From the IMG/VR virus record IMGVR_UViG_3300029822_000011, positions 1-61,783 of that record: a stretch of 61,783 bases of DNA. One strand, 5' to 3'. The position numbers and the translations under genes were made by a program. The number at the start of each line of letters is the position of its first letter. Positions within the stretch are counted from its first letter, which is position 1. Shown one piece after another: positions 35,132-44,914 of this stretch. The notes below the pieces were generated by a model that worked only from the letters and a program-made list of their open reading frames with translations, was not told the origin of the DNA and did not search any database. The stretch is from a virus. Taxonomy: Duplodnaviria; Caudoviricetes.

Positions 35132-36934
35132 ATGAAAGACCCGCTGCGCGACTGGCTGCTGTATCTGCCGATCGCCAAAGCCGTGCAGGCGGCGGACGGG
35201 CGCCTGGAGGTTGAGGGCATCGCCTCGGACGAGTCCGTGGACCTCGAGAACGAGATCGTCAAGGCCTCCGGGCTCGTGGATACGCTTCGCATCCTCGAGG
35301 AGCGCGGGGTGATCGACTGGGACCACGGGCGGATCATTGGCGCCATCGACAAGGCGGCCATCATCCCGGTCGAGGAGGCCATCGAGCGCTTCCCCGAACT
35401 GCGCGAGTGGTACGGGCGCGATTACGCCGGCCGCAGGGTCTTCTACCTGCACGGGTGGGTGGACGCACCGCTCCCCGACGAGGATGAGCCCGACAATCAG
35501 GACCTGCTCGACGCCCGCCATACGCTCAAGGCGGGCCACCGGCTGGGCTTCTCGGTGAGCGGGGGCAGGCTGCGGCGCGGCCAGACGCAGGGCCCCGACG
35601 GGCGCATCTACCCGTCGACGGAGCAGGCCGTGCTGACGCGGGTGGCGCTGACGCCGCACCCGATCAACCTCAACACCGTGGCGCGGATGGCGAAGTCGCT
35701 CTCCGCGGCGATGAGCGAACCGGAGGGCGACGGGCCGGTGGTGGTCATCGCGAAGGGGATGGAGGGGCTTTCGGCGGGCGCCGGGACCGATCATGCCGGG
35801 TTCGGCGGCGGTCGCTCACTCGTGCCCGAGAGCCTGCACGACCGCGTTGAAGATACCCTGTGGGGCTGCGCGACCTGTAAGACGAGCCGCCGCGCGCCCG
35901 ATGCTGACGGACCTCCTCGCTGCCGCGTGTGTGGCGGGGAGATGGCTCGTACGGGCCGAAGCGAGGTCCGGAAGGGGCTGTCGCCCCTGGCGCGTATCGC
36001 ACACGATCTTGGAGCACCGGAGGAGGACGCAACGATGAGTGGAGAGCTGACGCGCGCACGCAAGCTGCACAAGTCGGTCTTCGGCTCGCTCGCCCGTATC
36101 TTCGGGAAGGCCGCCGACATGGATGAGGACGACCTCGAGGATATCGAGGGCGAGGTGAAGGACCTGGCCGAGGAGGTCGGCGAGGCCGGAGAGGGCCTGC
36201 CGCCCGACGGCGAGGGGCTGCCCGAGGACGGGGCCCCCGAGGCCCCCGAGGACCTGGCGCTGGGCGAGGAGGACACCTCCGACGAACCGCCCTCCGAGGG
36301 CGAGGTGGACGATATCCTCGCAGAGCTCGACGATGCCGATGAGGCTGTCCCCGACCTCTACGAGACCACGCAGGAGGACGTGGAGGCCGGCACACAGGAC
36401 GAGGATGATGACGACGACGAGGAGGACGACGACGAGTTTGAGGAGGCCGGGATCGTGCGCAAGTCACTGGCGCAGTACATCGCAGAGCAGGAGGGGGGCG
36501 CGGAGGCGCTGGAGGTGATCGAGGCCGACGACCTGCTTGCCGGCCTGCTCGAGGGCCTGCAGAAGGCCCTCAACGACCGCTTCGAGACCCTGGAGGCGGC
36601 CCTCGCGGAGAGCCTCGAGGGGCAGGCGGCGATGGCGGAGGGCCTCGGCGCCATGCACAAGGCGATCGGGGCCTCGGCGGAGGAGCTTGAGCTGCTGCGG
36701 ACGGTGCAGGAGCAGAGCAAGCGGGCGCTCGGGGCCGTACCGGCCGGGACGCGCATCCGCAAGTCGGCCAAGGATGGCCCGGAGGCGGTGGAGCCTGACG
36801 AGCTCTTCGACCGCATCCAGAAGGGGCTGCAGGAGGGCCGGCTCGATGTGAGCGAGGCGAACACAATGAACGTGCGGCTGCGCCGGGGCGACCTCAAGGG
36901 GGTGGAAGCGGATCTGGCGACTATCGGGGCCTGA
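35132..36934 (+). CDS. Prohead protease fused to acidic scaffold
   Basis: EGIASDESVDLENE, WDHG, LGFSVSG, VALTPHPIN; acidic coiled-coil C-terminal half with internal RBS/ATG at 36035. Confidence 0.85.
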   Translation: MKDPLRDWLLYLPIAKAVQAADGRLEVEGIASDESVDLENEIVKASGLVDTLRILEERGVIDWDHGRIIGAIDKAAIIPVEEAIERFPELREWYGRDYAGRRVFYLHGWVDAPLPDEDEPDNQDLLDARHTLKAGHRLGFSVSGGRLRRGQTQGPDGRIYPSTEQAVLTRVALTPHPINLNTVARMAKSLSAAMSEPEGDGPVVVIAKGMEGLSAGAGTDHAGFGGGRSLVPESLHDRVEDTLWGCATCKTSRRAPDADGPPRCRVCGGEMARTGRSEVRKGLSPLARIAHDLGAPEEDATMSGELTRARKLHKSVFGSLARIFGKAADMDEDDLEDIEGEVKDLAEEVGEAGEGLPPDGEGLPEDGAPEAPEDLALGEEDTSDEPPSEGEVDDILAELDDADEAVPDLYETTQEDVEAGTQDEDDDDDEEDDDEFEEAGIVRKSLAQYIAEQEGGAEALEVIEADDLLAGLLEGLQKALNDRFETLEAALAESLEGQAAMAEGLGAMHKAIGASAEELELLRTVQEQSKRALGAVPAGTRIRKSAKDGPEAVEPDELFDRIQKGLQEGRLDVSEANTMNVRLRRGDLKGVEADLATIGA

Positions 36935-36998
36935 CCTGCGTCTGCCCGCTGCACCGGCGTGACCGTCACGAACCACAACTGACGTGAAACACCATTGC

Positions 36999-37033
36999 GC
37001 AAGGAGCGCGCCCATACCGGGCGCGCTTTTTGC
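36999..37033 (+). terminator. Intrinsic terminator-like hairpin before the capsid gene
   Basis: AGCGCGCCC/GGGCGCGCT stem followed by TTTT. Confidence 0.65.
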
Positions 37034-37050
37034 ATTAGGAGGCTACTCAG

Positions 37051-38499
37051 ATGAATGGACGAGTCATTCGCGCGGCGGACTATCCGGGCCGTTTCATCAC
37101 CGCCAGCAACGAGGGGCGGGCCGAACTCGATGCGCTGGTCTCGAGCCTGACGAAGGCGCTCACGGCGGGCTCTGGCACCGACAGCGCCAGCTTCACGGGC
37201 GGGCGCAGCATGATCCCCGAGTCGCTCGAGAATACGCTCCAGAGCACGCTGTGGGGCGAGCGCCACGTGAAGCTGTTCAAGAAGCTCCGGCCGAAGCCGC
37301 TCAAGGCTATCGTGGACGAATACACGGTGCGTGACAGCTACGGTGGGCGCTGGGGAACCGCGACGACCGAGTCGGCGAACCCGGTGGCCCGCGTCTCGAA
37401 CCTGCGGCGTGAGATCGAGCAGTGCGCCTTCTACCGCGACATGCGGTCGGTCACCCACCCGCTGCTGCAGGTCGATACCATCGACCCCGGCGCGGAGGCG
37501 GAGGAGGAGGAGGCCGCGACCCGGACCATCCTGCACGCGATTGAGGAGGACCTGTTCGTCGGCGACCCGACCATCTACCCGCAGCGGATGCAGGGCCTGC
37601 GCGCCCGCGTCCTGGCGGAGGGCGGCGATCTGGTCGTGGACGCGCACGGCACCGCCGTCACGGACCTCGACGAGTTCCACGCTATCGCGGGCGTCGTGGA
37701 GGCAGAGGGCGGGTACATCTCCGACGCCTACTTCCACACCTCGGTCGGCGCGGACATCACCGCTGCCGCCAAGGACGCGCAGCGGTTCGTCCTGACCCCG
37801 ACGGAGGACGGCGCGCCGATGGCGGCCGGCACCCCGATCTCCTCGCTCGTGACCGACTACGGCGAGGTCAACCTCACCCGTGACCGCTTCGTGCAGGCGC
37901 GTCACCTGATGAGCGCCCCGGACGTGGCCGACACCCCCGACGCCACCAAGTGCCCGGGGACGCCGGTCGTGGACGCGGCCACCGGCAACGCCGGCGCCAT
38001 CTACGACCAGACCAACCTCCCGGCGGGGACCTACCAGGTGCGTGTCTCGGCGGTCTGCGAGAACGGTGAGTCGGTCGCGTCGGTGGCGGACCAGGTCGTC
38101 CTCGCCGCCGACTGCGCCATCCAGATCACCGTGACCCCCGCCGACGCGCTCGCGACCGGCTACCGCGTCTACCTCTCGGCGGTCGACGCCGCCAACGCGA
38201 CGGACTGCCGGCTGCACGCGGAGTACGCCGCCACCGGCGCCCAGCAGACCCTGACCGTTGACGGCCACTGGGTCACCGGCACGACCGACATCTACCTCCT
38301 GAGCATGGAGGAGGGCGAGGCTGCCATCGACTGGCGGCAGCTGTTCCCCATCACCCGCTTCGACCTGGCGGTCACGTCCCCGGTGATCCCGTTCCTGGTC
38401 ATGATGTACGGCTACTGCCGCGTCATGCGGCCGAACTGGCACGGGCTGATCACGAACGTCCTGCCGTCGAACGTGGACTGGGCCCCGCTCGGTCCCTGA
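37051..38499 (+). CDS. Major capsid protein
   Basis: Follows protease-scaffold; LTKALTAG.GTD...TGG....ESLE N-terminus, IEEDLFVGD, VVDAHG; Ig-like insertion near C-terminus. Confidence 0.85.
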   Translation: MNGRVIRAADYPGRFITASNEGRAELDALVSSLTKALTAGSGTDSASFTGGRSMIPESLENTLQSTLWGERHVKLFKKLRPKPLKAIVDEYTVRDSYGGRWGTATTESANPVARVSNLRREIEQCAFYRDMRSVTHPLLQVDTIDPGAEAEEEEAATRTILHAIEEDLFVGDPTIYPQRMQGLRARVLAEGGDLVVDAHGTAVTDLDEFHAIAGVVEAEGGYISDAYFHTSVGADITAAAKDAQRFVLTPTEDGAPMAAGTPISSLVTDYGEVNLTRDRFVQARHLMSAPDVADTPDATKCPGTPVVDAATGNAGAIYDQTNLPAGTYQVRVSAVCENGESVASVADQVVLAADCAIQITVTPADALATGYRVYLSAVDAANATDCRLHAEYAATGAQQTLTVDGHWVTGTTDIYLLSMEEGEAAIDWRQLFPITRFDLAVTSPVIPFLVMMYGYCRVMRPNWHGLITNVLPSNVDWAPLGP

Positions 38500-38545
38500 T
38501 GGGGTACTCCCCCGGGGGGTGACGTAGCGTAGCACGACAGATACC

Positions 38546-38583
38546 GGCGGCGGGCGGCCTTTACCGGCGGCCCGCCGCCTTTT
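38546..38583 (+). terminator. Intrinsic terminator after capsid gene
   Basis: GGCGGCGGGC/GCCCGCCGCC stem followed by TTTT. Confidence 0.65.
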
Positions 38584-38602
38584 ACAGGAGGAGGAACCTC
38601 TC

Positions 38603-39733
38603 ATGGCTGAGAGTGTGCTGACGACGCGCGAACGCGCCCGGCTCGACGGTTCGTCGCCGGTCGCGAATGACGTAGGGCTTGGCGCCAAGCTCGGTGACGT
38701 GCAGGACCGGGTGGGGGTGCTGGAGGCGTCCTCGCTCGGCTCCAACGCGTTGCAGGGGCCGGCCGGCTATGTGATGCAGGTCGCTGTCCTGCCCGCTCAG
38801 AACGGCACCGGCACGACCCCCATCGCGTTCGACGCGGATACACCCGCCGCGATCACCGGGACGGTGGATATGGCCTCGCCGGTCGACCTGTCGGCCGTTG
38901 GTGATGGCGGGACCTTCATCGTCAATCCCGACGATGCGGGCGCTGACACCGCAACGCTCAACGCGGCTGCGGCCACGTCGGTCTCGGGCGCGGCACCCTC
39001 GACGGATATCTCCGCGGAGGCCGACAACGCCCTGATGATCTCGGTCAACGGCTCGCCGGCGGTGCTGGTCGAGCTCACGGTGGCCGGTTTGGCTAGCGGC
39101 GCGGCTATCGCCACGGAGCTGCAGACGAAGATCCAGGCCCTCGCGCTCGCCGATGGCCTCGAGGGCTACGGCTTCGAGGACGTGACCGTCGCCTATACGA
39201 CCGTCTACACGATCACCTCCGGCGTGCTCGGGACCGACTCGTCGGTCGTAGTCACGCCCGCTGCTGAGGCGAGTATCACGGAGGAGCTCAAGCTCGGCGT
39301 CGCCGCCGGTGGTGTGGAGACCGCCGGCACCGGCGACTGCGGCAATATCGCCGCCGTGGAGATCGACGAGCTGATCACGCTGATCAACGGCGATATCGCC
39401 GGTCTCACGGCCGACTCGGCCGGTGGCTACCTGCGCATATCCTCGGACACCGCCGGCGTCGACAGCTCGCTCGTTCTCGGCGCGGGCACGCTCAACGTGC
39501 TCCTCGGCTTCACGAACGCGGCTGCCGCGTGCGGCGGGGTGGGCCTCGGCCTGACGGCGATGGCGAACGCGAACTACTCCGTCATGGCGATCATCACGGA
39601 CGCGGCGCAGGGGGCCGTGGCCGCGCTCGGCGTGGCGCAGCGCACGACGGCGGGCTTCAACCTGCTGTGCAGCAGCGCCACCTCGACGGCGCCGGTGGTC
39701 ATGTGGATCGGCGGCGTCCCGGCCGAGTCGTAG
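38603..39733 (+). CDS. Virion structural/decoration protein
   Basis: AGGAGG RBS; Ala/Gly/Thr-rich with TITSG..G..SSV repeats; directly after capsid. Confidence 0.65.
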   Translation: MAESVLTTRERARLDGSSPVANDVGLGAKLGDVQDRVGVLEASSLGSNALQGPAGYVMQVAVLPAQNGTGTTPIAFDADTPAAITGTVDMASPVDLSAVGDGGTFIVNPDDAGADTATLNAAAATSVSGAAPSTDISAEADNALMISVNGSPAVLVELTVAGLASGAAIATELQTKIQALALADGLEGYGFEDVTVAYTTVYTITSGVLGTDSSVVVTPAAEASITEELKLGVAAGGVETAGTGDCGNIAAVEIDELITLINGDIAGLTADSAGGYLRISSDTAGVDSSLVLGAGTLNVLLGFTNAAAACGGVGLGLTAMANANYSVMAIITDAAQGAVAALGVAQRTTAGFNLLCSSATSTAPVVMWIGGVPAES

Positions 39734-39771
39734 ACGGTTTCATCCCACCAGAGGAAAGGAAGCTGCCCACC

Positions 39772-40287
39772 ATGATTATCCGCAACGAGAAGATGGCCGG
39801 CCAGAGCTGCTGGCTCGGCGACGGGCTGGTGTGCTTTGACGAGGAGGGCGTGGCGGTCGGCGTCATCAAGCGCGACGGGCGCAGGTGCGACCCGCCCGCG
39901 CCGCTCAACGACTCGCAGGTGGAGAACGCCCGGGAGGTGGCCTTCGCGGGCTTCGTCGTGGAGGAGGACGCGGAGGGGGCCGTTCCCGCGCCCCAGGCGC
40001 CCGCACAGGCCCCCGCGCCCGTCCCGGCACCTGAGCCCTGCGAGGGGCCGCCGGCGGCTGCACAGGAGCCTGTGGCTGCCGCTGCCGAGGAGCCTGATGA
40101 GGCGGCCGTGGAGGATGAGGCCCCCGACGGCCCCGACCTCCCGGACCTCGACGCCCTCAAGCGCCCGGCGCTGCTTGCCCTCGTGCGCGAGCTCGGCATC
40201 GGCGTCAACGGCGTCGGCCTCAAGAACACGGACCTCGCGGAGGCTATCCGCGCGGCGTGGCGCGAGCGCGGCCCGCTGGCCGAGTAG
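39772..40287 (+). CDS. Hypothetical protein with Pro/Ala linker and Rho-N-like C-terminal helical motif
   Basis: LDALKRPALLALVRELGI...KNTDLAEAI. Confidence 0.6.
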   Translation: MIIRNEKMAGQSCWLGDGLVCFDEEGVAVGVIKRDGRRCDPPAPLNDSQVENAREVAFAGFVVEEDAEGAVPAPQAPAQAPAPVPAPEPCEGPPAAAQEPVAAAAEEPDEAAVEDEAPDGPDLPDLDALKRPALLALVRELGIGVNGVGLKNTDLAEAIRAAWRERGPLAE

Positions 40288-40320
40288 TAGAGACCCGAAA
40301 CAGAGAGGAGGCGGCGGCGC

Positions 40321-41085
40321 ATGGCTATCATCGAGCGCGAGGCGATCACCCGGCGGATTGCGGGCCTGCGGCCGTATCTCGACCTCGTGGACCCCGACGA
40401 CCTCGACGCGATCTTAGATGAGGCACTGGCCGCGGCGACGGCGCGCTTTGAGGACCGTCTGGAGGCGTGCCTCGAGCGTACCGTCATCCGCCAGGACCCC
40501 GACGACGGCGAGGTGGAGGGCGTCGATTACGACCGCCTCGAGCCGGCCCTGTCGTGGGAGCGGCGGAGGATGGACAAGCTCATTACGATCGACCTGCGCC
40601 GCCGCCCGGTCATCAGCGTCGAACGGATCCGGCTCAAGCTCTCCGACGACCTGCAGCTTATCACCTTCCCGCCGGAGTGGTATGAGGACCACATCCAGTT
40701 CAACTTCGGGCGGGTGACGCTCATCCCGGCGGCGCTCGGGCACCTCGCGCTCGCCGGCAACGGCGTGCCGATCTACCAGTGGATGACCTCGAAGATGCCG
40801 TGGCCGGTGCTCCCGCAGTGCTTCTACGTGAACTACACGGCGGGCTGGGAGAACGCGGCCACGAACCCGCAGCTTGGCGACCTGCGCCGGCACCTCGCGG
40901 TGCAGGCTGCCCTCTACGCGATGGAGGATATCCGGGACCTGATCCCCTCGAGCGTCTCACTCGACGGGGCCAGCGAGACCTTCGACGGCGTGCAGCAGCG
41001 GCTGGAGGCGCGGTCAGAGCGGATCGAGACTTTCCTGAGCGAGTGGCGCGGCAAGCACAATTCGCCGCGGATGGTGGTGATCTGA
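40321..41085 (+). CDS. Head-tail adaptor (neck) protein
   Basis: LRRRPVISVE, VNYTAGW, SVSLDGASE; position. Confidence 0.65.
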   Translation: MAIIEREAITRRIAGLRPYLDLVDPDDLDAILDEALAAATARFEDRLEACLERTVIRQDPDDGEVEGVDYDRLEPALSWERRRMDKLITIDLRRRPVISVERIRLKLSDDLQLITFPPEWYEDHIQFNFGRVTLIPAALGHLALAGNGVPIYQWMTSKMPWPVLPQCFYVNYTAGWENAATNPQLGDLRRHLAVQAALYAMEDIRDLIPSSVSLDGASETFDGVQQRLEARSERIETFLSEWRGKHNSPRMVVI

Positions 41086-41086
41086 C

Positions 41087-41731
41087 GTGCTGAACCCGAT
41101 GGCGGCGAGAGTGAGCATCCAGCGGCTCGGCGAGCGGGTGCGCTGGCTGCAGGCGCTCCCGTGCGACTGCCGCGACCCGGCGGACCCGACCTATGGTGAC
41201 GCCCGCGCCTGCACCCGCTGCGAGCACGGCTACGTCTACCGCGAGCAGGTGCTGCCTGCGAGCGTGCGCGTGCTGCTCACGCGGCAGCGGCGCGAGTTTC
41301 TGCACCCCGAGGTCGGCCTCGTGCGGGTGGGCGACCTGACGGTGACGGCGATGCCCGACGAGATCCAGATATCCGACTTCGACAAGCTCGTGCTGATCGA
41401 CCGGGCGGCGCCGAAGACGGAGCTCGTGACGCGCGGGTCGGGGGAGCGCGACGCCCTCGCGGAGGAGTACCCGCTTGCGGTGGCGGTCGTGGCCGACGGT
41501 GACACGGTGTTCGTGGAGGGGACCGACTACCTCTTCGACGAGGAGGCGGGGGAGGTCGTGTGGCTCGCCGGCGGGTCCGTGCCTGGCGGGCGGACGTATG
41601 CGGTGTCGTACACGTTTGCGCCGGTCTACTGGTACACGGGCACGATGTCGGCGGAGTCGCGGCCGATGCCCGGCTACAGTGCGCCGTGGCCGAAGAGCGG
41701 GTTACTACAGGTACACTTCCAGGAGGTCTGA
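41087..41731 (+). CDS. Head completion/neck protein with Cys motifs
   Basis: PCDC...CTRC..GYVY; position. Confidence 0.55.
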   Translation: MLNPMAARVSIQRLGERVRWLQALPCDCRDPADPTYGDARACTRCEHGYVYREQVLPASVRVLLTRQRREFLHPEVGLVRVGDLTVTAMPDEIQISDFDKLVLIDRAAPKTELVTRGSGERDALAEEYPLAVAVVADGDTVFVEGTDYLFDEEAGEVVWLAGGSVPGGRTYAVSYTFAPVYWYTGTMSAESRPMPGYSAPWPKSGLLQVHFQEV

Positions 41732-42657
41732 TGAGTATGAGCGATGAGCGGCAGGGCAGGCCGTTGATGATCCCGTCGTGGCTTTTGGCGAAGCTCGAGG
41801 AGCTGAACAAGGCAATCGGCGGGCAGTTGTCGCTGTTCGACGAATCGAAGGTCTCCCGGCATGGCAAAGGCTCCTCGAAGGGCGGGCAGTTCGCGCCGAA
41901 GGGTGGGGTGAAGGGCGGCGGGGGCGGTGGGCAGCCGAAGATGCCGAACCCCGCTACTCAGCACGGGCGGGCACAGGTAGCGCGGATGTTGGGCCAGAAG
42001 CCGCCGGTCGATGACAAGGGTCGCTATCAGAGCGGCCCGCTCGCCAGTAAACCCACTGCTGAGAAGCAGACCTTGATTGCCGGTGCGAGCAAGCGGGCGA
42101 AGCAGTTCATGGCGGGACTCGACGAGGACAAGGCGCGTCAGTCCGATGATTTCAGTCAGTCGCGTGCCCTGCTGACCTCCATGGGGTACAGCGACGAGCA
42201 GCAGGACTACGTTCTGAGCCATTTCGAAAGCCACGGCGGCTACGATGATGCGGAGGTGCTTTGGAACGTACATCCCGATATCGTGCATGACGCCCTCGTC
42301 GGGGCCGGTGAGCCCGCTGGCGGAGGCGGTGGCGAGGAATCGCGCGACGAGCGGGAATCCCGACTCATGGAAGCGGGCGTCCTGTTGCCGGACCATGCGT
42401 CGGAGGTAAACTCGATTCTGCAAGGCGAGTATCTGAGCAAGTTCTCCAAGCAAGCGAAGCCCGGCGGCAGCAGGATATGGGATCGTGGCGCAGGCGGCAC
42501 TACGGCCCATTTCAGAGAGTGGGCAGATGAGCACAGACCTCGCGTGCGGGATGCGATCATGGACTGGCGGGAGGCGAAGGCTGGAGGCGGGCCCGAGTAC
42601 CGGAACACGACGTTTGACGAATGGGCGGACAAGATGAGCTGGAAGATCGACGGATAG
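41731..42657 (+). CDS. Tagged cargo protein of unknown function
   Basis: RPLMIPSWLLAKLEELNKAIGGQLSLFDESKVSRHGKGSSKGGQFAPK then Gly linker; start may be 41737. Confidence 0.7.
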   Translation: MSMSDERQGRPLMIPSWLLAKLEELNKAIGGQLSLFDESKVSRHGKGSSKGGQFAPKGGVKGGGGGGQPKMPNPATQHGRAQVARMLGQKPPVDDKGRYQSGPLASKPTAEKQTLIAGASKRAKQFMAGLDEDKARQSDDFSQSRALLTSMGYSDEQQDYVLSHFESHGGYDDAEVLWNVHPDIVHDALVGAGEPAGGGGGEESRDERESRLMEAGVLLPDHASEVNSILQGEYLSKFSKQAKPGGSRIWDRGAGGTTAHFREWADEHRPRVRDAIMDWREAKAGGGPEYRNTTFDEWADKMSWKIDG

Positions 42658-43705
42658 GCGCTGATGAGGAGGTCCACCGTGGACACCGCCTACTGGACCT
42701 ATCTCGACGACCGTCACCCGGTTTACGACCGCCCGAGCGACGTGACCTCGTGGGCCTTCGCCCCCGAAGGCCTCACCCCGGCCGAGTACGACGCCGAGGA
42801 GGGGGCCGTCGAAACCGACGGCGGGCAGCCGTTCCCGCAGACGGAACCGCTGTCCATGGGCTTTGAGAGGCTGCCGTCGCTTGAGTGGCGGCAGGGGCCA
42901 AGCGGCAACACGATCCTGACGCTTAGGCTCTCCTCGGAGTGGACGGGGAAGATGGACCTTCGGGAGATGGTGGAGTTCGCGCGGGCGATGCACGAGCAGT
43001 TCCAGGCGCACTCGCACGGGCCGTATTCGCTCACGATGCTCGCCGATATGGGCCACCCCTACGGCTACGGACTGCCGGGGGAGCTGCCCTCGTGGGGCAA
43101 GCTCGCACGGCCGCGCAAGGTCCCCCGCTACGCCGACACGCTTGCCGGCCGCAGGAGCATCGGGCATGTGCGCGGGGTCCGTGGCTCCGTGGGCACGATG
43201 TCGGTTGTCAACGAGCAGACGAGCGACTTTTCGCGGGCGTGGCGCTGGTCATACTCGGTCGGGGCGAACGGGGTCACGTTCTCGTGGTGGAATGAGCGCA
43301 AGTCGGCGCGTGGGGCGCCCGTCGCGTGGTTCCTCGCGCATGGAACGGTGAAGATGCAGGCGCACGGGCCGTGGGAGGTGGTCCCGCGGCGGTTCTGGCC
43401 GGCGCTGGTCAATGCCTGGCGGCAGTCGGCGGCGCGGGCGGCGCAGGAGCACAGGCTGCACGAGGGGCTGTACGGGTCGGGGGACTTCGGTGCGATGATG
43501 CGGGCGGCGAGTGCGCGTCGCTCGCTGGTGCGATAAGGAGGTCGTTAGGTATGAGCAGGCCGCTGATGGTGCCGGGCTGGCTTTTGGAGAAGTTCGAGGA
43601 TCTGTGCAAGGCCGTCGGGACCGGGCAGTTGTCGCTGTTCGACGAATCGAAGGTCTCCCGGCATGGCAAGGGCTCCTCAAAGGGCGGGCAGTTCGCTCCG
43701 AAGGG
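41820..43705. repeat. 84-bp near-identical direct repeat encoding the cargo tag (41820-41903 and 43622-43705)
   Basis: Three synonymous differences by eye; more diverged copies at ~26640-26722 and ~33950-34007. Confidence 0.85.
42664..43536 (+). CDS. Neck/tail-completion protein, HK97 gp10-like C-terminus
   Basis: AWFLAHGTVKM motif; position. Confidence 0.5.
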   Translation: MRRSTVDTAYWTYLDDRHPVYDRPSDVTSWAFAPEGLTPAEYDAEEGAVETDGGQPFPQTEPLSMGFERLPSLEWRQGPSGNTILTLRLSSEWTGKMDLREMVEFARAMHEQFQAHSHGPYSLTMLADMGHPYGYGLPGELPSWGKLARPRKVPRYADTLAGRRSIGHVRGVRGSVGTMSVVNEQTSDFSRAWRWSYSVGANGVTFSWWNERKSARGAPVAWFLAHGTVKMQAHGPWEVVPRRFWPALVNAWRQSAARAAQEHRLHEGLYGSGDFGAMMRAASARRSLVR

Positions 43706-44909
43706 GGAAGGGGCCGCTGGAGGCGGCGGAGGAGGCGGGCGGAGAACGGCGAAGCAGAAGCCGAAAGCGTCAACACTGGACGCTGCGGAGGCTGCGATGC
43801 CCACAGAGAAAAAGCGGCTACCCGAGGGTTGTCGCATAATCAACCAGGTCATGATGCCGGGAGCACCGCCTACGGCGATAGCGGTGGAAACGCCGTATAA
43901 CGAGGCCTGGCGTGAGAAGGCTCGTATGTTGGGGGGCAAGTGGGAGAAGGGCCGAAAGGCGTGGGTGTTCCCTGTCGACAAGCGCGATGCGGTGACGGAA
44001 GCATTGTGCCAGGTGTATGGAGAGCCGACGCCGGTTACGACTGAAGAGCCCCCGAGAATCAGCAACAAGCCAGTATGGAACGCTGAGGTCAAGGCGCCGC
44101 GCGTGCAGGGCGCGGACGGTACGTGGTATGTTGTCGTGACCTCCCCGTACAATGAGAAGTTCGTACGTAGGGCGAAACAATTGCGGGGCGTATGGCAAAG
44201 CCGCAGCAGAACATGGCGCTTCCCGATTGCCAAAGAGGCTGATGTGTACGCGCTGCTCGCGGATATCTATCCCCGCGAAGAGGATGCGGCAGAAGCCGCC
44301 GACGAGCCTGACGTTAGCGACGTGGATACGTTCAGCATCGGAGAGGGTTATGGTGGGCAGGACTACGCGCCCGGCACGGTTATCCGCCATCCGGACCGCA
44401 GCCGGCGTGACGAGATCGTCGTCGTCGAGGAGACCCACGCGAAGTACTACCGCGAGGATGGCCTGTCGTTCGGCGTCGGCGATGATCGCGGCTACCTGTA
44501 CACATACACGCTGCGTCCAGCGACGCAGCCGGAAGCGGCTCCGCTCCTGCAGAAAGAGGAGGAGGCGAAGGCCGCGACCGAAGCGGGTAGGCGCCGGGCG
44601 GCTCTGGCAGGGCGCATCCGTGAAGCCGGGGAGGTGCCGGCGGGCAGGCATCTGCTCGAGGGCGAGCGCATCAGCGACACGGCGAACGTTTATGGCGGCG
44701 GCGACTGGTTCGTTGTCGGCGACGACTACATCTGGTACGTGCAGAACAACGGCATGGATGGGGACGACTGGAGCCGCAACAACGTCTCCACGGGTGGCGC
44801 GGGCGCGATCGGCTGGCGCGTTCCCTACGACGAGGAACTCGCTGCCGAGATCAGGTCGCTGCAGCCCGTCCGCAAGTCCATCGTCGTGTTCCGCAGGAAG
44901 ACTGGCTGA
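43551..44909 (+). CDS. Tagged cargo protein with two HARP-like repeats
   Basis: Tag as above; PYNEAWREKARMLGGKWEKGRKAWVFP and PYNEKFVRRAKQLRGVWQSRSRTWRFP; ends PVRKSIVVFRRK. Confidence 0.7.
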   Translation: MSRPLMVPGWLLEKFEDLCKAVGTGQLSLFDESKVSRHGKGSSKGGQFAPKGEGAAGGGGGGGRRTAKQKPKASTLDAAEAAMPTEKKRLPEGCRIINQVMMPGAPPTAIAVETPYNEAWREKARMLGGKWEKGRKAWVFPVDKRDAVTEALCQVYGEPTPVTTEEPPRISNKPVWNAEVKAPRVQGADGTWYVVVTSPYNEKFVRRAKQLRGVWQSRSRTWRFPIAKEADVYALLADIYPREEDAAEAADEPDVSDVDTFSIGEGYGGQDYAPGTVIRHPDRSRRDEIVVVEETHAKYYREDGLSFGVGDDRGYLYTYTLRPATQPEAAPLLQKEEEAKAATEAGRRRAALAGRIREAGEVPAGRHLLEGERISDTANVYGGGDWFVVGDDYIWYVQNNGMDGDDWSRNNVSTGGAGAIGWRVPYDEELAAEIRSLQPVRKSIVVFRRKTG

Positions 44910-44914
44910 ACGGC

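Noticed and set aside
36380-36445. GAC/GAG/GAT triplet run resembling a microsatellite
   Set aside because: Encodes the acidic tract of the scaffold.
38603-39733. Tail sheath (contractile tail)
   Set aside because: Lies directly after the capsid gene, lacks recognisable sheath C-terminal motifs, and no baseplate J/wedge genes were recognised.
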